A stretch of DNA of 64,000 bases from Octopus vulgaris (lineage: Eukaryota): positions 68,510,001 to 68,574,000 of the forward strand of contig OX597828.1 in assembly GCA_951406725.2 (NCBI GenBank), given 5' to 3'. Below, one piece after another: positions 1 through 12,422 of the stretch. The notes beneath the pieces are model-generated. The model made no database searches, was not told the origin of the DNA, and was given only the letters and a program-made list of their open reading frames with translations. Each line of letters starts with the position of its first letter. The stretch's first letter is position 1. The position numbers and the translations under genes were made by a program.

Positions 1-390
1 GAAGTTCATGAGTGATGAAGAAAATAGGCATTTTGAAAGAAGTATCCATAAAACTAGTTATTAAGCATCGAATAGCTCTGGGGTCCACCAGAATAAAATA
101 GCAATAAATATTTTCCATAGCAAAAAGTGGTTGCAAATCACTGTTCTAGACATTCTGTATCTGAATATCAGGTGGTTGGCACAATTGAGGTGGCTTTGGT
201 CATATTCTTGATCAGAGTTGATCTAAGACTAAACAACACTACACTGTTATGTAATGAGCCAAAATATTGTATTTAAAATTCCGACAGTTGTGAAGAGAGA
301 ATTAATTACATTAACGATAAATTCTGGTCAAGGATGGCGGACGAGAAAATTCTGATATTTAAATAAGTTAAAAATTAATTGAACAAGAAT

Positions 391-391
391 A

Positions 392-460
<69 letters not shown>

Positions 461-484
461 CATACATACACACAGGCATGTCTG

Positions 485-521
<37 letters not shown>

Positions 522-608
522 TTATATATATATACATACATAAATAAATATATACATACATGCACACACACACACACAACATACACTCACACCCACCCAC
601 ATACACGA

Positions 609-646
<38 letters not shown>

Positions 647-653
647 GCACGCA

Positions 654-708
<55 letters not shown>

Positions 709-735
709 ACTCACTCACTCACTCACTCACACACA
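391..735. repeat. compound microsatellite (TG)(TA)(TCTA)(CT)(CA)(CACT)
   Basis: Directly visible tandem di- and tetranucleotide runs. Confidence 0.95.
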
Positions 736-1044
736 CTTCGGCAAGTGCAAAATATAATTAATGTAAGCAGTAGCAAAAGGGGGCGAGTATTTAAATTAAT
801 AAAGTTAAGGAGTTATAATGATGTGATTAATGAGGGTACGCAGTAGTGGAGGATTGAAGGAGTTAAATTAATTTAGTTAATAAGAGTATGCTGTAGCAGG
901 GGTGGGTGAGTTAAATTGATATAATTAATATATTTAATGTCGGGACATCTAAAAACTGAACGGAAATAAACAGTGAGAAAGAAATTAATATTCTTTAACG
1001 AGAATGGATTAGAGAGCTTCCACAAGTAGGGGAGTTAACTTAGT

Positions 1045-1640
1045 ATAGGCGTATTCCAGAAGGTTTGAGATTTTTCCAGGAGTGACATTTATTTCAAAGA
1101 AGCACAAAATCTAGTCTCCTTCAATGCACTTGTAGAAATCTTCCCAAGTGAAGGTGTTGAGGCCCCTTGTCATGGTCTCCTCTATCTTTTCCTTCAGGTT
1201 AGGAAACAATCAAAAGTTACAGGGAGCAAGGTCTGGGCTGTAAGGATAGCGATGGAAAGCTTTGATGTCCATCTCTGCCAAGAAGTTGGTTACCAGGAAT
1301 GCAATCGTAGACTGACGCAGGTGTTCTGTCCTTTTGCTAGGGCCTTTTCCTGAACCCCCTTGAAACCTCTCAAAGTAGTCTGGTAAATGGGAATCCTGTG
1401 GATGTAGACGATACCTTTGCTTCCGAAAAAAGGGGTCATCATGAACTTTCCGATGGACTTGCTTTGCCCGATCTATTGTGGCAGCAAAAAACAGATGCTT
1501 AGCTCTTACGAGTTAATCCATAAGTAGTTAATCCATAATCAGTTAATCCATAAGCAGTCTGCAGCTTTTCATACGTTTCTGTAGTGTTTTTTTTTGCCCA
1601 GTTTAACAAAAAACTTTATTGCTCAACGATCTTCCGAATT
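1045..1640 (-). mobile_element. decayed mariner transposase remnant (C-terminal part)
   Basis: Minus strand reads KFMMTPFFGSKGIVYIH and PYSPDLAPCNF*LFPNLKEK, the mariner YSPDLAP motif; stops and frameshifts present. Confidence 0.8.
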
Positions 1641-2177
1641 GTCGTCACGGCCTGACTGCATTCTGCTCACTGGTCAGCTGTGACGAGCAGGGTGTGCCTC
1701 AAAGGAATGTTACAACCGTATCCTTCAATCTGGAATAGCAAAAGCTGACTGCGGGTCAGCTAATAAAGTATATAATAATGATACACTAAAATCATAATAA
1801 TCTATAATAGCTAAAAAAAGAATAAACTGGCCTCACTTAAAAAAAGTCTCAAACTTCTGGAATGCACCTCAGACATGTGTGTGTGTGTGTGTGTGTGTCT
1901 GTGTGTGTGCGGCGTGTGTGTAGATACAGATGCATAAGTGTGTAGGTACAAAAAACTCACATGTACACGCTTACGCTGTCCAAATATAGAAAGTATAAAG
2001 AGATAATAAAAGTTACTGTGGAAGATGAAAGAGATAAGAAGTGGATCTGATGCTGATAAACAAGGCTTAACGAAAATCCTGGATAATATCTCATTTAGTT
2101 GCATCCTACTTCCTGCTACCCAGCAAGGCTACCGCCTTCAAAGACATGTGGGTGGGCTGAAAAATGCATAGGCTGAC

Positions 2178-3166
2178 TACGAAGGAGTAATGCTTGAACT
2201 GCAAAACCTCGCATGCATTAATTTCAGCCCTTCTTAATTAACTGCGTTGTTTCTTTCCAAGTAAATTAATATCTGACTGTTTAAAAGAAGGCTTCAAATG
2301 CAACTAGCTTCGACTTCCCTTGAAAATGGATAAGATTTGGGATCTCAGTGTTATCAAGTGCGTGCAGAAAAAGGGTTTAGCCCTCAACGACACTCATACT
2401 GACATAGAGGATAACACTTCAACTTTATCGACAGTGTAAAAGTGGACAGCTGAATTCTGGAAGGGAAGGGTGAGTCTTGAAGAGGATCCAAGGTCTGGAC
2501 GCCCTTCAAACTTCTTCCACCGACTCAAACATTGATTGTATTCACTACATGGTGACGGACGATAAGTGATTAACTATATATCAAAAAGCAAGGCGGCGAG
2601 CTGGCAGACACGTTAGCGCGCCGGGCGAAATGCATAGCGGTATTTCGTCTGTCGTTACGTTCTGAGTTCAAATTCCGCCGAGGTCGACTTTGCCTTTCAT
2701 CCTTTCGGGGTCGATTAAATAAGTACTAGTTACGCACTGGGGTCGATATAATCGACTTAATCCGTTTGTCTGTCCATGTTTGTCCTCTCTGTGTTTAGCC
2801 CCTTGTGGGTAGTAAAGAAATATATATATCAAAAAGCCAATGTTATTAGCATATCCCGTGAGATAGTTTAGAATACTCTGCACAATGAACTTAGCATGAC
2901 GAAGGTTTCTGCTCGGTGGGTACCACGTCTTCTGACACCTCATCAAAAGTGCTGCAGCAAAATCTGACATTGTTTGAGGCAGATCCAGCTGGTTTCTCTG
3001 AACGTTTTCTGGACCTGAGCCAGAGACAAATGGATAAAATCCATGCTGTGGAAATACTTCTCACCTGCTCCAAAGAGAGCCAAGGTCGTTTCATCTGCAG
3101 GGAAGTTGATGATCTTAGTTCTTTTGGGATGCAAAAGGATTATCTTCCAACACATTACATTTCATA
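2178..3166 (+). mobile_element. decayed mariner element (N-terminal part), interrupted by a SINE
   Basis: Reads MDKIWDLSVIK...KWTAEFWKGRVSLEEDPRSGRPS, then after the SINE LHNELSMTKVSARWVPRLLT (WVPHEL-type motif). Confidence 0.85.
2590..2822 (+). mobile_element. SINE family A, full length (tRNA-like head, Meta-like core, tail type 3)
   Basis: B-box GAGTTCAAATTC and core GCCTTTCATCCTTTCGGGGTCGAT; 15-bp TSD tatatatcaaaaagc at 2575-2589 and 2823-2837. Confidence 0.9.
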
Positions 3167-3900
3167 GGCGAAATGTGGACTAATGTATCTTTCAAGGAAA
3201 ACATGCAAGGCGAATGTCTTCGTCGTTAAAAATGCAACCGATCTGTTTGGTACCGATTGGTTAGAATTATTCGATTTATGGGATCTTCCCATAAATTTCT
3301 ATTGTAAAAACGTGAAAGGTTATCACTCGGAAAATAATTCGTCTGAAACGTTAAAGAGAAAATTTTAAAAATGTTTCCGCAAGTGATCGATCAGGCTATC
3401 AGATGTTACTACACATCGCTGGTCACAATGCGCTTCGCATTGTTTTAGCCTTCAAATGACGCCACCCCGCTGGCCAAGCGAGCAGGTCAACAGAAGAACG
3501 AGTGAGAGAAAGAGTACAGCAGGGATCGCCACCACCCTCTACCGGAGCCTCGTGGAGCTTTAGGTGTTTTCGCTCAATAAACACTCACAACGCCCGATCT
3601 GGGAATCGAAACCGCGATCCTACAACCGTGAGTCTGCTGCCCTAAACACTGGGCCATTGCGCCTCCACGTTTCCGCAAGTACTCTCGGACAAACTAAGTC
3701 TAGGCACAAAGACCGAGAGCCCATGGTCCAGGTTAGATATCGACTACGCTGGACCAGTGAACGACGCTTTACAACCTAATCGTTGTGGATTGCTTTACAA
3801 AGTGGCTAGAGGTATGCAAATGTAATAAACCCGCAGTCGTAAATCTACGCCTTTCGCAGAGATATAATGGTTAGCAGAAGGGATTGAAAACGCTGTGCTA
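3167..3900 (+). mobile_element. Gypsy/Ty3 LTR-retrotransposon pol remnant (protease end joined to integrase core)
   Basis: Reads LFGTDWLELFDLWD (protease C-terminus), then PWSRLDIDYAGP and LIVVDCFTKWLEV (integrase). Confidence 0.75.
3385..3668 (-). mobile_element. SINE family C (tRNA-like head), tail variant 1
   Basis: Head GGAGGCGCAATGGCCCAGTG...GGTTTCGATTCC; 12-bp TSD gtttccgcaagt at 3373-3384 and 3669-3680. Confidence 0.9.
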
Positions 3901-3985
3901 GCCATGATCTTTCCAAATGAACTGCACAGACTTCAACCGACAACAACGACAGAGACAGGGTCGTGGTTTGATATAAAATATCATA

Positions 3986-4220
3986 AGGCGGCGAGTTGGC
4001 AGAAACGTTAGCACGACGGGCGAAATGCTTAGCAGTATTTCGTCTGCCATTACGTTCTGAGTTCAAATTCCACCGAGGTCGACTTTGCCTTTCATCCTTT
4101 CGGGGTCGATTAAATAAGTACCAGTTACACACTGGGGTCGATGTAAACGACTTAATACCTATGTCTGTCCTTGTTTGTCCCCTCTGTCTTTAGCCCCTTG
4201 TGGGTAATAAAGAAATAGGT
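3986..4220 (+). mobile_element. SINE family A, full length
   Basis: Matches 2590-2822; flanking tgatataaaata duplicated. Confidence 0.9.
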
Positions 4221-4377
4221 ATGATATAAAATAATCTTTTGAGTTAATACAATAAAAATACCAGCTATATACTAGTGTCGGTTATATCACATTTTTTATA
4301 TAAATTCACACCGTGTCTTACCAAAGGCAATACCATTCTAGAAGTACAAATTCTGTCGTAATATTTTTGAAAGAAGA

Positions 4378-4550
4378 AAGCCGGCGAGCTGGCAGAATCG
4401 TTAGCACGTCGGGCGAAATGCTTAGCAGTATTTCGTCCGTCTTTACATTCTGAGTTCAAATTTCGCCGAGGTTGACTTTGTCTTTCATTCTTTTGGGATC
4501 GATAAAATAAGTGCCAGTTGAGCACTGGAGTTGATGTAATCGACTCGCCT
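4378..4550 (+). mobile_element. SINE family A, older copy
   Basis: Head and core similarity to other family A copies. Confidence 0.8.
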
Positions 4551-4657
4551 CTTTTGAAAGGAGAAAAGAAGAAAAAAGAAAGGTAATGGAGAAATTTCCC
4601 ACTAAAGACTTTTATTCATTTTTCATCTCATCGTATGTTTATAAGAAATTTTGATTT

Positions 4658-4815
4658 GGCGTAGGAGTGGCTGTGTGGTAAGTAGTTTGCTTACGAACCA
4701 CATGGTTCCGGGTTCAGTCCCACTGCGTGGCACCTTGGGCAAGTGTCTTCTACTATAGCCTTGGGCCGACCAAAGCCTTGTGAGTGGAAACGGAAACTGA
4801 AAGAAGCCCGTCGTA

Positions 4816-4870
<55 letters not shown>

Positions 4871-5102
4871 GTGTGTGTGTGAGTGTATATGTTTGTGTGT
4901 CTGTGTTTGTCCCCCCAACATCGCTTGACAACCGATGCTGGTGTGTTTACGTCCCCGTAACCTAGCGGTTCGACAAAAGAGAATGATAGAATAAGTACTA
5001 GGTTTATAATAAGTCCTGGGTCGATCTGCTCGACTAAAGGCGGTGCTCCAGCATGGCCACAGTCAAATGGCTGAAACAAATAAAAGAGTAAAGAGTAAAA
5101 AG
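4658..5102 (+). mobile_element. SINE family B (tRNA-like head, CORE-like CCTTGGGCAAGT, internal (TA)n(TG)n)
   Basis: Multi-copy in window; ends in a short AAGAGTA repeat tail. Confidence 0.9.
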
Positions 5103-5177
5103 TCATTTAATTAACCAAAACACTAATTACTTTAATGTTTTGGCTTACAGAGAGACTCAATATATTTACTAAGATGC

Positions 5178-5560
5178 AGGCGGCGAGCTGGCAGAGACGT
5201 TAGCACGCCGGGCGAAATGCTTAGTGGTATTTCGTCGGCCTTTACGTTCTGAGTTCAAATTCTGCCGAGGTCGACTCTGCCTTTCATCCTTTCGGGGTCG
5301 ATAAATTAAGCACCAGTTACGCACTGGGGTCAATATAATCGACTTAATCCGTTTGTCTGTCCTTGTTTAGCTCCATGTGGGTAGTAAAGAAATAGGTATT
5401 TCGTCGGCCTTTACGTTCTGAGTTTAAATTCCGCCGAGGTCGACTCTGCCTTTCATCCTTTCGGGGTCGATAAATTAAGTACCAGTTACGCAATGGGGTC
5501 GATATAATCACCTGTCCCCCTCCCCACAAATTTCGGGTCTTGTTCCTAGATTAGAAAAGA
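5178..5560 (+). mobile_element. SINE family A tandem dimer (tail 3 unit, then tail 2 unit)
   Basis: One head and two bodies that share private variants. Confidence 0.85.
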
Positions 5561-6033
5561 ATATATTTGCTAACATAAGCTTAAAATGGAATATTCGAAT
5601 GAAACAGATACTTATAAAGTCGATTTCATTTTCAAGGTCAGCTACAATATTCTTCCGCCATGAACAAACAACTTCAATTTCGTTATGATAAGTTAAATTC
5701 CAACCTTGAATACTTGTCATATATCTGGAATGAAGTCTGTGCATTCTACAACTCATTGACGCATAAATCAACAAGTAACTCCCCCACACTCCGATAACAA
5801 ACCATCTGTGCTGAAATCTCTTTGACTCTTCTGCTATTTTTGACAACACTACTTTAAACCTACAACACATTTCAAGTCAACGAGGAAGTCTCTATACAGT
5901 CACTTGACCTGCTAGAAATAACAGTGATATCACAACCTAGCGCCTTAGAAATGAAGAAATTGGAAAGATGGAATGGTTACCGCTGAAATATCTTTGATCG
6001 AAGGTCTGTTTGATCAAGGGTGTTCTGAGCCAA

Positions 6034-6036
<3 letters not shown>

Positions 6037-6073
<37 letters not shown>

Positions 6074-6138
6074 CCACCACCACCACCACCACCACCACCA
6101 CCACCACCGCCGCCGCCGCCACCACCACCACCACCACC
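6037..6138. repeat. compound triplet repeat (CAG)n(CAC)n(CGC)n(CAC)n
   Basis: Directly visible. Confidence 0.95.
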
Positions 6139-6716
6139 AGTATCGCCACACTCTCCTTCCACTATGGAACATCTTACGAGGTACGCTTGATTTGCTAGAA
6201 ATAGCAACCGAATGTCCCGTATTCCACAGTCTATTACCCTAAAAACAAGGAAAAGTTAAATAACGTTGTCCTGGGTTCTCTGAACGGCTGGTCACGGCTG
6301 GAATGACTTAGATTACAGATCTACTGAATCAAGGTTGACCTGGAGGTAAACAATAGCAATACCCCCTTCAATATATAATCGCTACTTGTTACTTCTGTGA
6401 GATGTCCCACACTATTTCGTGTAAATCCATTTTTTAAAGGAAACTGGTTTTGTAACCAAAGTTCCTTGCTGCACTTGCACCACAAGAATTATATGTTGCT
6501 GAGAAATATCCCTTTTTTACTCCAGGCGCAAAACCTGAAACTTCTTGGTGGTGGAGGGGCTAGCCGATTACATCGACTCCAGTACTTGACTGGTACTTTA
6601 TTTCATCGACCACGAAAGGATAAAAGGCAAAGTGGGCCACAGTTTATCTGAACTGAGAACGTAAAGACAGACAAAATGCCGCTTAGCATATTGTCCGGCG
6701 TGTTAACGATTTCGCA

Positions 6717-7570
6717 AGTTCAAATCTCAGACCGGGCGATGTGTGTGTTTATGAGTGAAACACCTAATCTCCACGCGGCTCCGGAAGAATGTAATGGCGA
6801 AACTTCTGCTGACTCTTTCATCCTGCATCTTGCAGCTCACCTGCGACCAGCGTCCCGTCTAGGTGGGGAACCTATACGCCAAGAAACCGGAAAACCGGCC
6901 CTTATGAGCCAGGCATGGCTCGAGAAGGAACAAACAACAAACAAAACAAAGGTGTGTGGCCATATTGAGCAAGCTAAAAGCAGGGTTTCTAAATTCTGGA
7001 AATTTTGATTCAGTTTTGGTCATCCGAAATAGCCGTAAGAATGTTGCTTTGAGAAGAAAAAAGTATTGCACCCATGTCACCTGCCCTGTTTCACAGAAAA
7101 GCGTCAGCGATTATTTTAAACATTTGTCAGCGCCATAAGGGCGCTGACAAATATGTTTAAAATAATCGATGACGCTTTTCTGTGAAACAGGGCAGGTGGC
7201 ATGGGTGCAATACTTTTTTCTTCTCAAAGCAACATTCTTATGGCTGTTTCGGATGACCTAAACTGATCAAAATTTCCAGAATTTAGAAAACATGCTTTTA
7301 GCTTGCCACACACCTTTGTTTTGTTTGTTGTTTGTTCCTTCCCGAGCCATGCCTGGCTCATAAGGGCCGGTTTCCCGGTTTCTTGGCGTATAAGTTCCCC
7401 ACTTGGACGGGACGCCGGTCCGTCGCAGGTGAGCTGCAAGATGCAGGAGGAAAGAGTGAGAGAAAGTTGTGGCGAAAGAGTCAGCAGAAGTTTGCCATTA
7501 CCTTCTGCCGGAGCCGCGTGGAGCTTAGGTGTTTCGTTCATAAACACACACATCGCCCGGTCTGAGATTC
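6717..7570. repeat. about 420-bp-arm inverted duplication (palindrome) containing a SINE C copy in each arm
   Basis: Centre ...ttgtcagcgcc-ataag-ggcgctgacaa... near 7136; arms are reverse complements with small indels. Confidence 0.9.
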
Positions 7571-7630
7571 GAACCCGCGATCCCTCGACCGCGAGTCCGC
7601 TGCTCTAACCACTAGGTCATGTGCCTCCAC
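7318..7630 (-). mobile_element. SINE family C, tail variant 2
   Basis: tRNA-like head at 7560-7630; TSD ccacacaccttt on both sides; matches 30778-31047. Confidence 0.9.
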
Positions 7631-7979
7631 ACCCACACACCTTTAGGGAATCATTTTATAGAGAAGGGCTCATAATCCTTGAAGAAATTGACGAATATGT
7701 CTGATATAATTTTGTCTACTTTTGTCCGAGTCAAAGTTTGTGGTTCGTTGGTAGCTGTTATCACACAACTGGAGAAAGGACCAAATCGATCTACAACATA
7801 CGCTCTATTGATGACAGCAAATATTATATGCTGCTGTGCTGTGACAGTTCTGCAGCAGTCATTTGAAGAAGCTCAAGAATATTCTTAGTAAAATATATGT
7901 AATAGGGTCGCTGCTTTTGTTTTTATCGAGTCACAAACTTTCATTTTTATAGCAGAGACAAAAAAATGACTTTTGTATT

Positions 7980-8247
7980 GTTTTACTCTTTTACTTGTTT
8001 CAGTCATTTGACTGCGGTCATGCTGGAGTACCGCCTTTAGTCGAGCAAATCGACCCCAGGACTTATTCTTTGTAAGCCTAGTACTTATTCTATCGGTCTC
8101 TTTTTGCCGAACCGTTAAGTTATGGGGGACGTAAACACACCAGCGTCGGTTGTCAAGCGATGTTGGGGGGACAAACACAGGCACACACAGAGGCACACAC
8201 AGACACACAGACACACAGACACAGACACAGACACAGACACAGACACA

Positions 8248-8293
<46 letters not shown>

Positions 8294-8447
8294 TACATAA
8301 ACATATATACGACGGACTTCTTTCAGTTTCCGTCTACCAAATCCACTCACAAGGCTTTGGTCGGCCCGAGGCTGTAGTAGAAGACACCTGCCCAAGGTGC
8401 CACACAGTGGGACTGAACCGGAACCCTGTGGTTGGTAGGCAAGCTAC
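7980..8447. mobile_element. SINE family B (minus orientation) with expanded internal microsatellite
   Basis: Reverse complement of 4658-5102. Confidence 0.88.
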
Positions 8448-8945
8448 AATTGTTCTGAAATGGTGTTATAGAAGAAAGTAATTCGCATTGGCGGAACCTT
8501 ATTCTCAGATAAAAGGCATATTCCCAAATGCCAAGTTTTCATTGGAACAACGTCAAGGTAGACCTCTGTATGTCTCCACAAATTTTAGAAATTAAGTCTA
8601 TTTATAACTATTGTAAGTTACGTCTCTTGGAAAAATATTTATTAATTACCTCCCTTTAAATTAAAAAGCGTAGATTCTTTTAAGGGAGGTAACTCAATTC
8701 TACCTATGTCCTTGAAATATCAAATTTCCCTATTTAACTTTCCGCGCCGGGGTTGGACCTGCGATTTCTATCCCACGATCCCACTAAACCATGTTAGAGA
8801 TGTTATTTATTAGCACAAGCATGGGTCTGCTGGGAAGAAGTTCGCCTCAGGTTCGCGTGCTTTTGGATTCAGTGCCACATCCCATCAGTTTGAGCTCAGT
8901 TTGGGATTATTATAGAAACTGCTATATATATATATATATATATAT

Positions 8946-9137
8946 ATGCTTAGCGGTATTTCGTCTGCTGCTACGTTCTGAGTTCAAATTCCGGCGAGGT
9001 CGACTTTGCCTTTCATCCTTTCGGGGTCGATTAAATAAGTACCAGTTACGCACTGGGGTCGATATAATCTATTTAATCCGTTTGTCTGTCCTTGTTTGTC
9101 CCCTCTATGTTTAGCCCCTTGTGGGTAGTAAAGGAAT
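8946..9137 (+). mobile_element. SINE family A, 5'-truncated, inserted in (TA)n
   Basis: Core plus tail 3. Confidence 0.85.
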
Positions 9138-9409
9138 ATATATATATATATAAGGTTGTTTATTATGGCTGGTGAGAGAATAACCAAACAAACCAACCGG
9201 TGCTGGTTTGTTTGTGTTACCGCAACTTGAAAAGAATGTATACTAGGGTCGATTTGACTGACCAAACCCTTTAAGGCGCTGCCCCAGTATGGTCGTGGTC
9301 CAGCACCTGAAACAAGTAAAAGAATAAAAAGACAGCAATGAGAGAAGGCAGTGAAGCCATGGGTTTCTGTTTTCCGTTATTAATGTTGTTGTTGTTAATA
9401 CTGTAGTAT

Positions 9410-9571
9410 TAGGAATGGCTGTGTGGTAAGTAGCTTGCTTACTAACCACATGGTTCCAGGTTCAGTCCCACTGCGTGGCACCTTGGGCAAGTGTCGTCTA
9501 CTATAGCATCAGGCCGACCAAAGCCTTGTGAGTGGATTTGGTAGACGGAAACTGAAAGAAGCCCATCGTAC

Positions 9572-9609
<38 letters not shown>

Positions 9610-9760
9610 CTGTGTTCGACCCCCAACATCGCTTGACAACCGATGCTGGTATGTTTACGTCCCCGTAACTTAACCTTTCGGCAAAAAGAGACTGATAGAA
9701 TAAGTACTAGGCTTACAACGAATAAGTCCTGGGGTCGATTTGCTCAACTAAAGGCGGAAC
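9410..9760 (+). mobile_element. SINE family B
   Basis: Similarity to 4658-5102. Confidence 0.85.
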
Positions 9761-9921
9761 TTATTTTATCGATTCTGAGAGGTAAGTCAACCTCAGCAGA
9801 ATTTGAACTCAGAACTTAAAGATAGATGAAATGCCTCTAAGTTGCTTTGTCCAGCGTGCTATCAGTTCTGCCAGCTCGCTGCCTTACAACTAATTATCAA
9901 CTAATTAATATATTTCTATTG

Positions 9922-10250
9922 TCTCGATTCCCAGACCGGGCGTTGTGAGTGTTTATTGAGTGAAAACACCTAAAGCTCCACGAGGCTCCGGCAGGGATGG
10001 TGGTGATCCCTGCTGTACTCTTTCACCACAACTTTCTCTCACTCTTACTTCCTGTTTCTGTTGTACCTGTATTTCAAAGGGCCGGTCTTGTCCCTCTCTG
10101 TGTCACGCTGGATATCCCCGAGAACTACGTTAAGGGTACACGTGTCTGTGGAGTGCTCAGCCACTTACACGTTAATTTCACGAGCAGGCTGTTCCGTTGA
10201 TCGGATCAACCGGAACCCTCGTCGTCGTAACCGACGGAGTGCTTCCATCC
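9922..10250 (+). mobile_element. SINE family C, 5'-truncated, tail variant 3
   Basis: Near-identical to the reverse complement of 16996-17320. Confidence 0.88.
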
Positions 10251-10262
10251 ATATTTCTATTG

Positions 10263-10480
10263 AAGGGGACGAGCTGGAAGAATCGTTAGCACGTCGGGCA
10301 AAATCCAAAGCAGCATTTCGTATCTCTTTACATTCTGAGTTCAAATTCTAGCGGGGTCGACTTTGCCTTTTATCCTTTCAGGAACGATAAAATAGGTACC
10401 AGTTAAGCACTAGGGTCGATGTAATCAACTTACCCCTTCCTCCGAAATTGCTGGCTTTGTGCCAAAATTTGAAACCATTA
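10263..10480 (+). mobile_element. SINE family A, tail type 1
   Basis: Core plus ...gctggctttgtgccaaaatttgaaacc tail. Confidence 0.8.
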
Positions 10481-10764
10481 TTATTTTTCTATTTCTGTAA
10501 ATAAAGGAAACAAAATATATCTGGTATTATTTTAGGCTGGATCAGCCTTGTCTTAACTTGGACAAATGTCGAGGGTTTTAAGGGTGATGAGAGGGGAAAC
10601 TTTAATACACACATGCATACACACACGCGCCCGTGCGCCTGCGTGTGTGTAAAGGTAAGAACCAAGGATCAAGGTGTAGGAAGTTGGTAAGCTTCGATCG
10701 TATCTCCTACGTGTCGACATGGGATCCTTTGATGGCTATATAAACTTTATTTGATTAAGGTATC

Positions 10765-10857
10765 TCTGGCCTACACGAGTAGCTAGCAAATTAGCCCTCT
10801 TTTCGGCAATTACTACTTCCGAGGTTCTGCTAGCTATGAAACATATGTAGCCTGGAT
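10765..10857 (+). ncRNA. degenerate type-I hammerhead ribozyme motif
   Basis: Stem I ggc/gcc; 5' core mutated (CTACACGA); stem II gtagctagca/tgctagctat; GAAAC-atat-GTA; followed by (TA)n. Confidence 0.55.
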
Positions 10858-10880
10858 TTTATCTATACATTCCCAAATTT

Positions 10881-10974
<94 letters not shown>

Positions 10975-11136
10975 GGCGCAGGAGTGGCTGTATGGTAAGT
11001 AGCTTGCCTACCAACCACATGGTTCCAGGTTCAGTCCCACTGCGTGGCACCTTGGGCAAGTGTCTTCTACTATAGCCTCGGGCCGACCAAAGCCTTGTGA
11101 GTGGATTTCGTAGACGGAAACTGAAAGAAGCCCATC

Positions 11137-11194
<58 letters not shown>

Positions 11195-11395
11195 GTGTGT
11201 GTGTGTGTGCGTGTGCGTATGTGTCTGTGTCTGTCCCCCTAGCATTGCTTGACAACCGATGCTGGTGTGTTTATGTCCCCGTCACTTAGCGGTTCGGCAA
11301 AAAGAGACCGATAGAATAAGTCCCGGGGTCGAGTTGTTCGACTAAAAGGCGGTGCTCCAGCATGGCCGCAGTCAAATGACTGAAACAAATTAAAA
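10975..11395 (+). mobile_element. SINE family B
   Basis: Full head to tail. Confidence 0.9.
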
Positions 11396-11459
11396 AAAAA
11401 GTATATGTTGGTGAGAGAGTTGGTGTGTGAAAGCACGTGGTTGGATGTATAAAAAATAT

Positions 11460-11707
11460 AAAAGAGTGAAAAAACTACAGAAGGCTTGTATTATAAGGTT
11501 AAATAATATATGCCTGGAACTCTTCACTTCATGCGAAGACATGACACGATGTAGGTAAAGAAATTTGAAAAGACTATACGAAACAGGTTATTTCTCCCAA
11601 AACTATGTTACTATGCACAAAATTTTATGACATTTTTCTAACATAACGACTTAAATATATTCTTTAACCTTATAACACAAGCCTTCTGTAGTTTTTTCAC
11701 TCTTTTT
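11460..11707. mobile_element. short element with about 50-bp terminal inverted repeats, TA-rich flanks
   Basis: aaaagagtgaaaaaactacagaaggcttg... (11460-11511) is the reverse complement of 11656-11707. Confidence 0.75.
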
Positions 11708-12067
11708 TATTATATATATATACACACATTTCGTGTACTCTAAGAAGCGATGCGCAGTCTCAGAATTTTCGACTCGATCTCATATATAACAAAGTACTCT
11801 AAATCACTGTTAGAGAAGTCTGAGCCGGATAGTTTGTACTGGCATCGAGTTGTTATAAGTTGAAATAATGAAGACAAAACAAATAGGGATCTTTTGGGAA
11901 TCCTTCAACATGTGCGTTTCAGGTGTGTGTAATATATAATAGGAAATGCATCCATTATGTAAATCTCCATCAGCAAAAATTATTTCAACCCCGGTCTCTT
12001 AGGCTGGATCAGCAAGTAACGTATCAGGAAATTATGCAACGGGCTTAACCAGCTTGCAGCTGTCGCC

Positions 12068-12185
12068 GTCTTCTTCTTCTTCTTCTTCTTCTTCTTCTTC
12101 TTCTTCTTCTTCTTCTTCTTCTTCTTCTTCTTCTTCTTCTTCTTCTTCTTCTTCTTCTTCTTCTTCTTCTTCTTCTTCGTCTTCC
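12068..12185. repeat. (CTT)n microsatellite
   Basis: Directly visible. Confidence 0.97.
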
Positions 12186-12249
12186 TTTATTCTGAAGCAT
12201 GTCTTTACAGAATTTTAGCACCAGGTTATTTATCGCTATGCTCAGGCGT

Positions 12250-12422
12250 TTCATTCTCCGTCTTCCCATTCCTTGGACCTTTCCTCTTTCTATGATTTTG
12301 ACGAAGAGCTTCGCTCGAAACGTTAAATCCTCCATCTTTCTTTCCTTTCCTGAGCGTCCAAGAACACTATGCTTGTTCCACGTCCTCACGTTGTTGTGTT
12401 TTCTCTTTGTTCATGTTTGTAT

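Noticed and set aside
6990-7042. HHR-like GAAA(C/T)-agcc-GTA in the arms of the large palindrome
   Set aside because: The 5' core reads CTGGAAA and the orientation differs from the other fold-backs; insufficient support.
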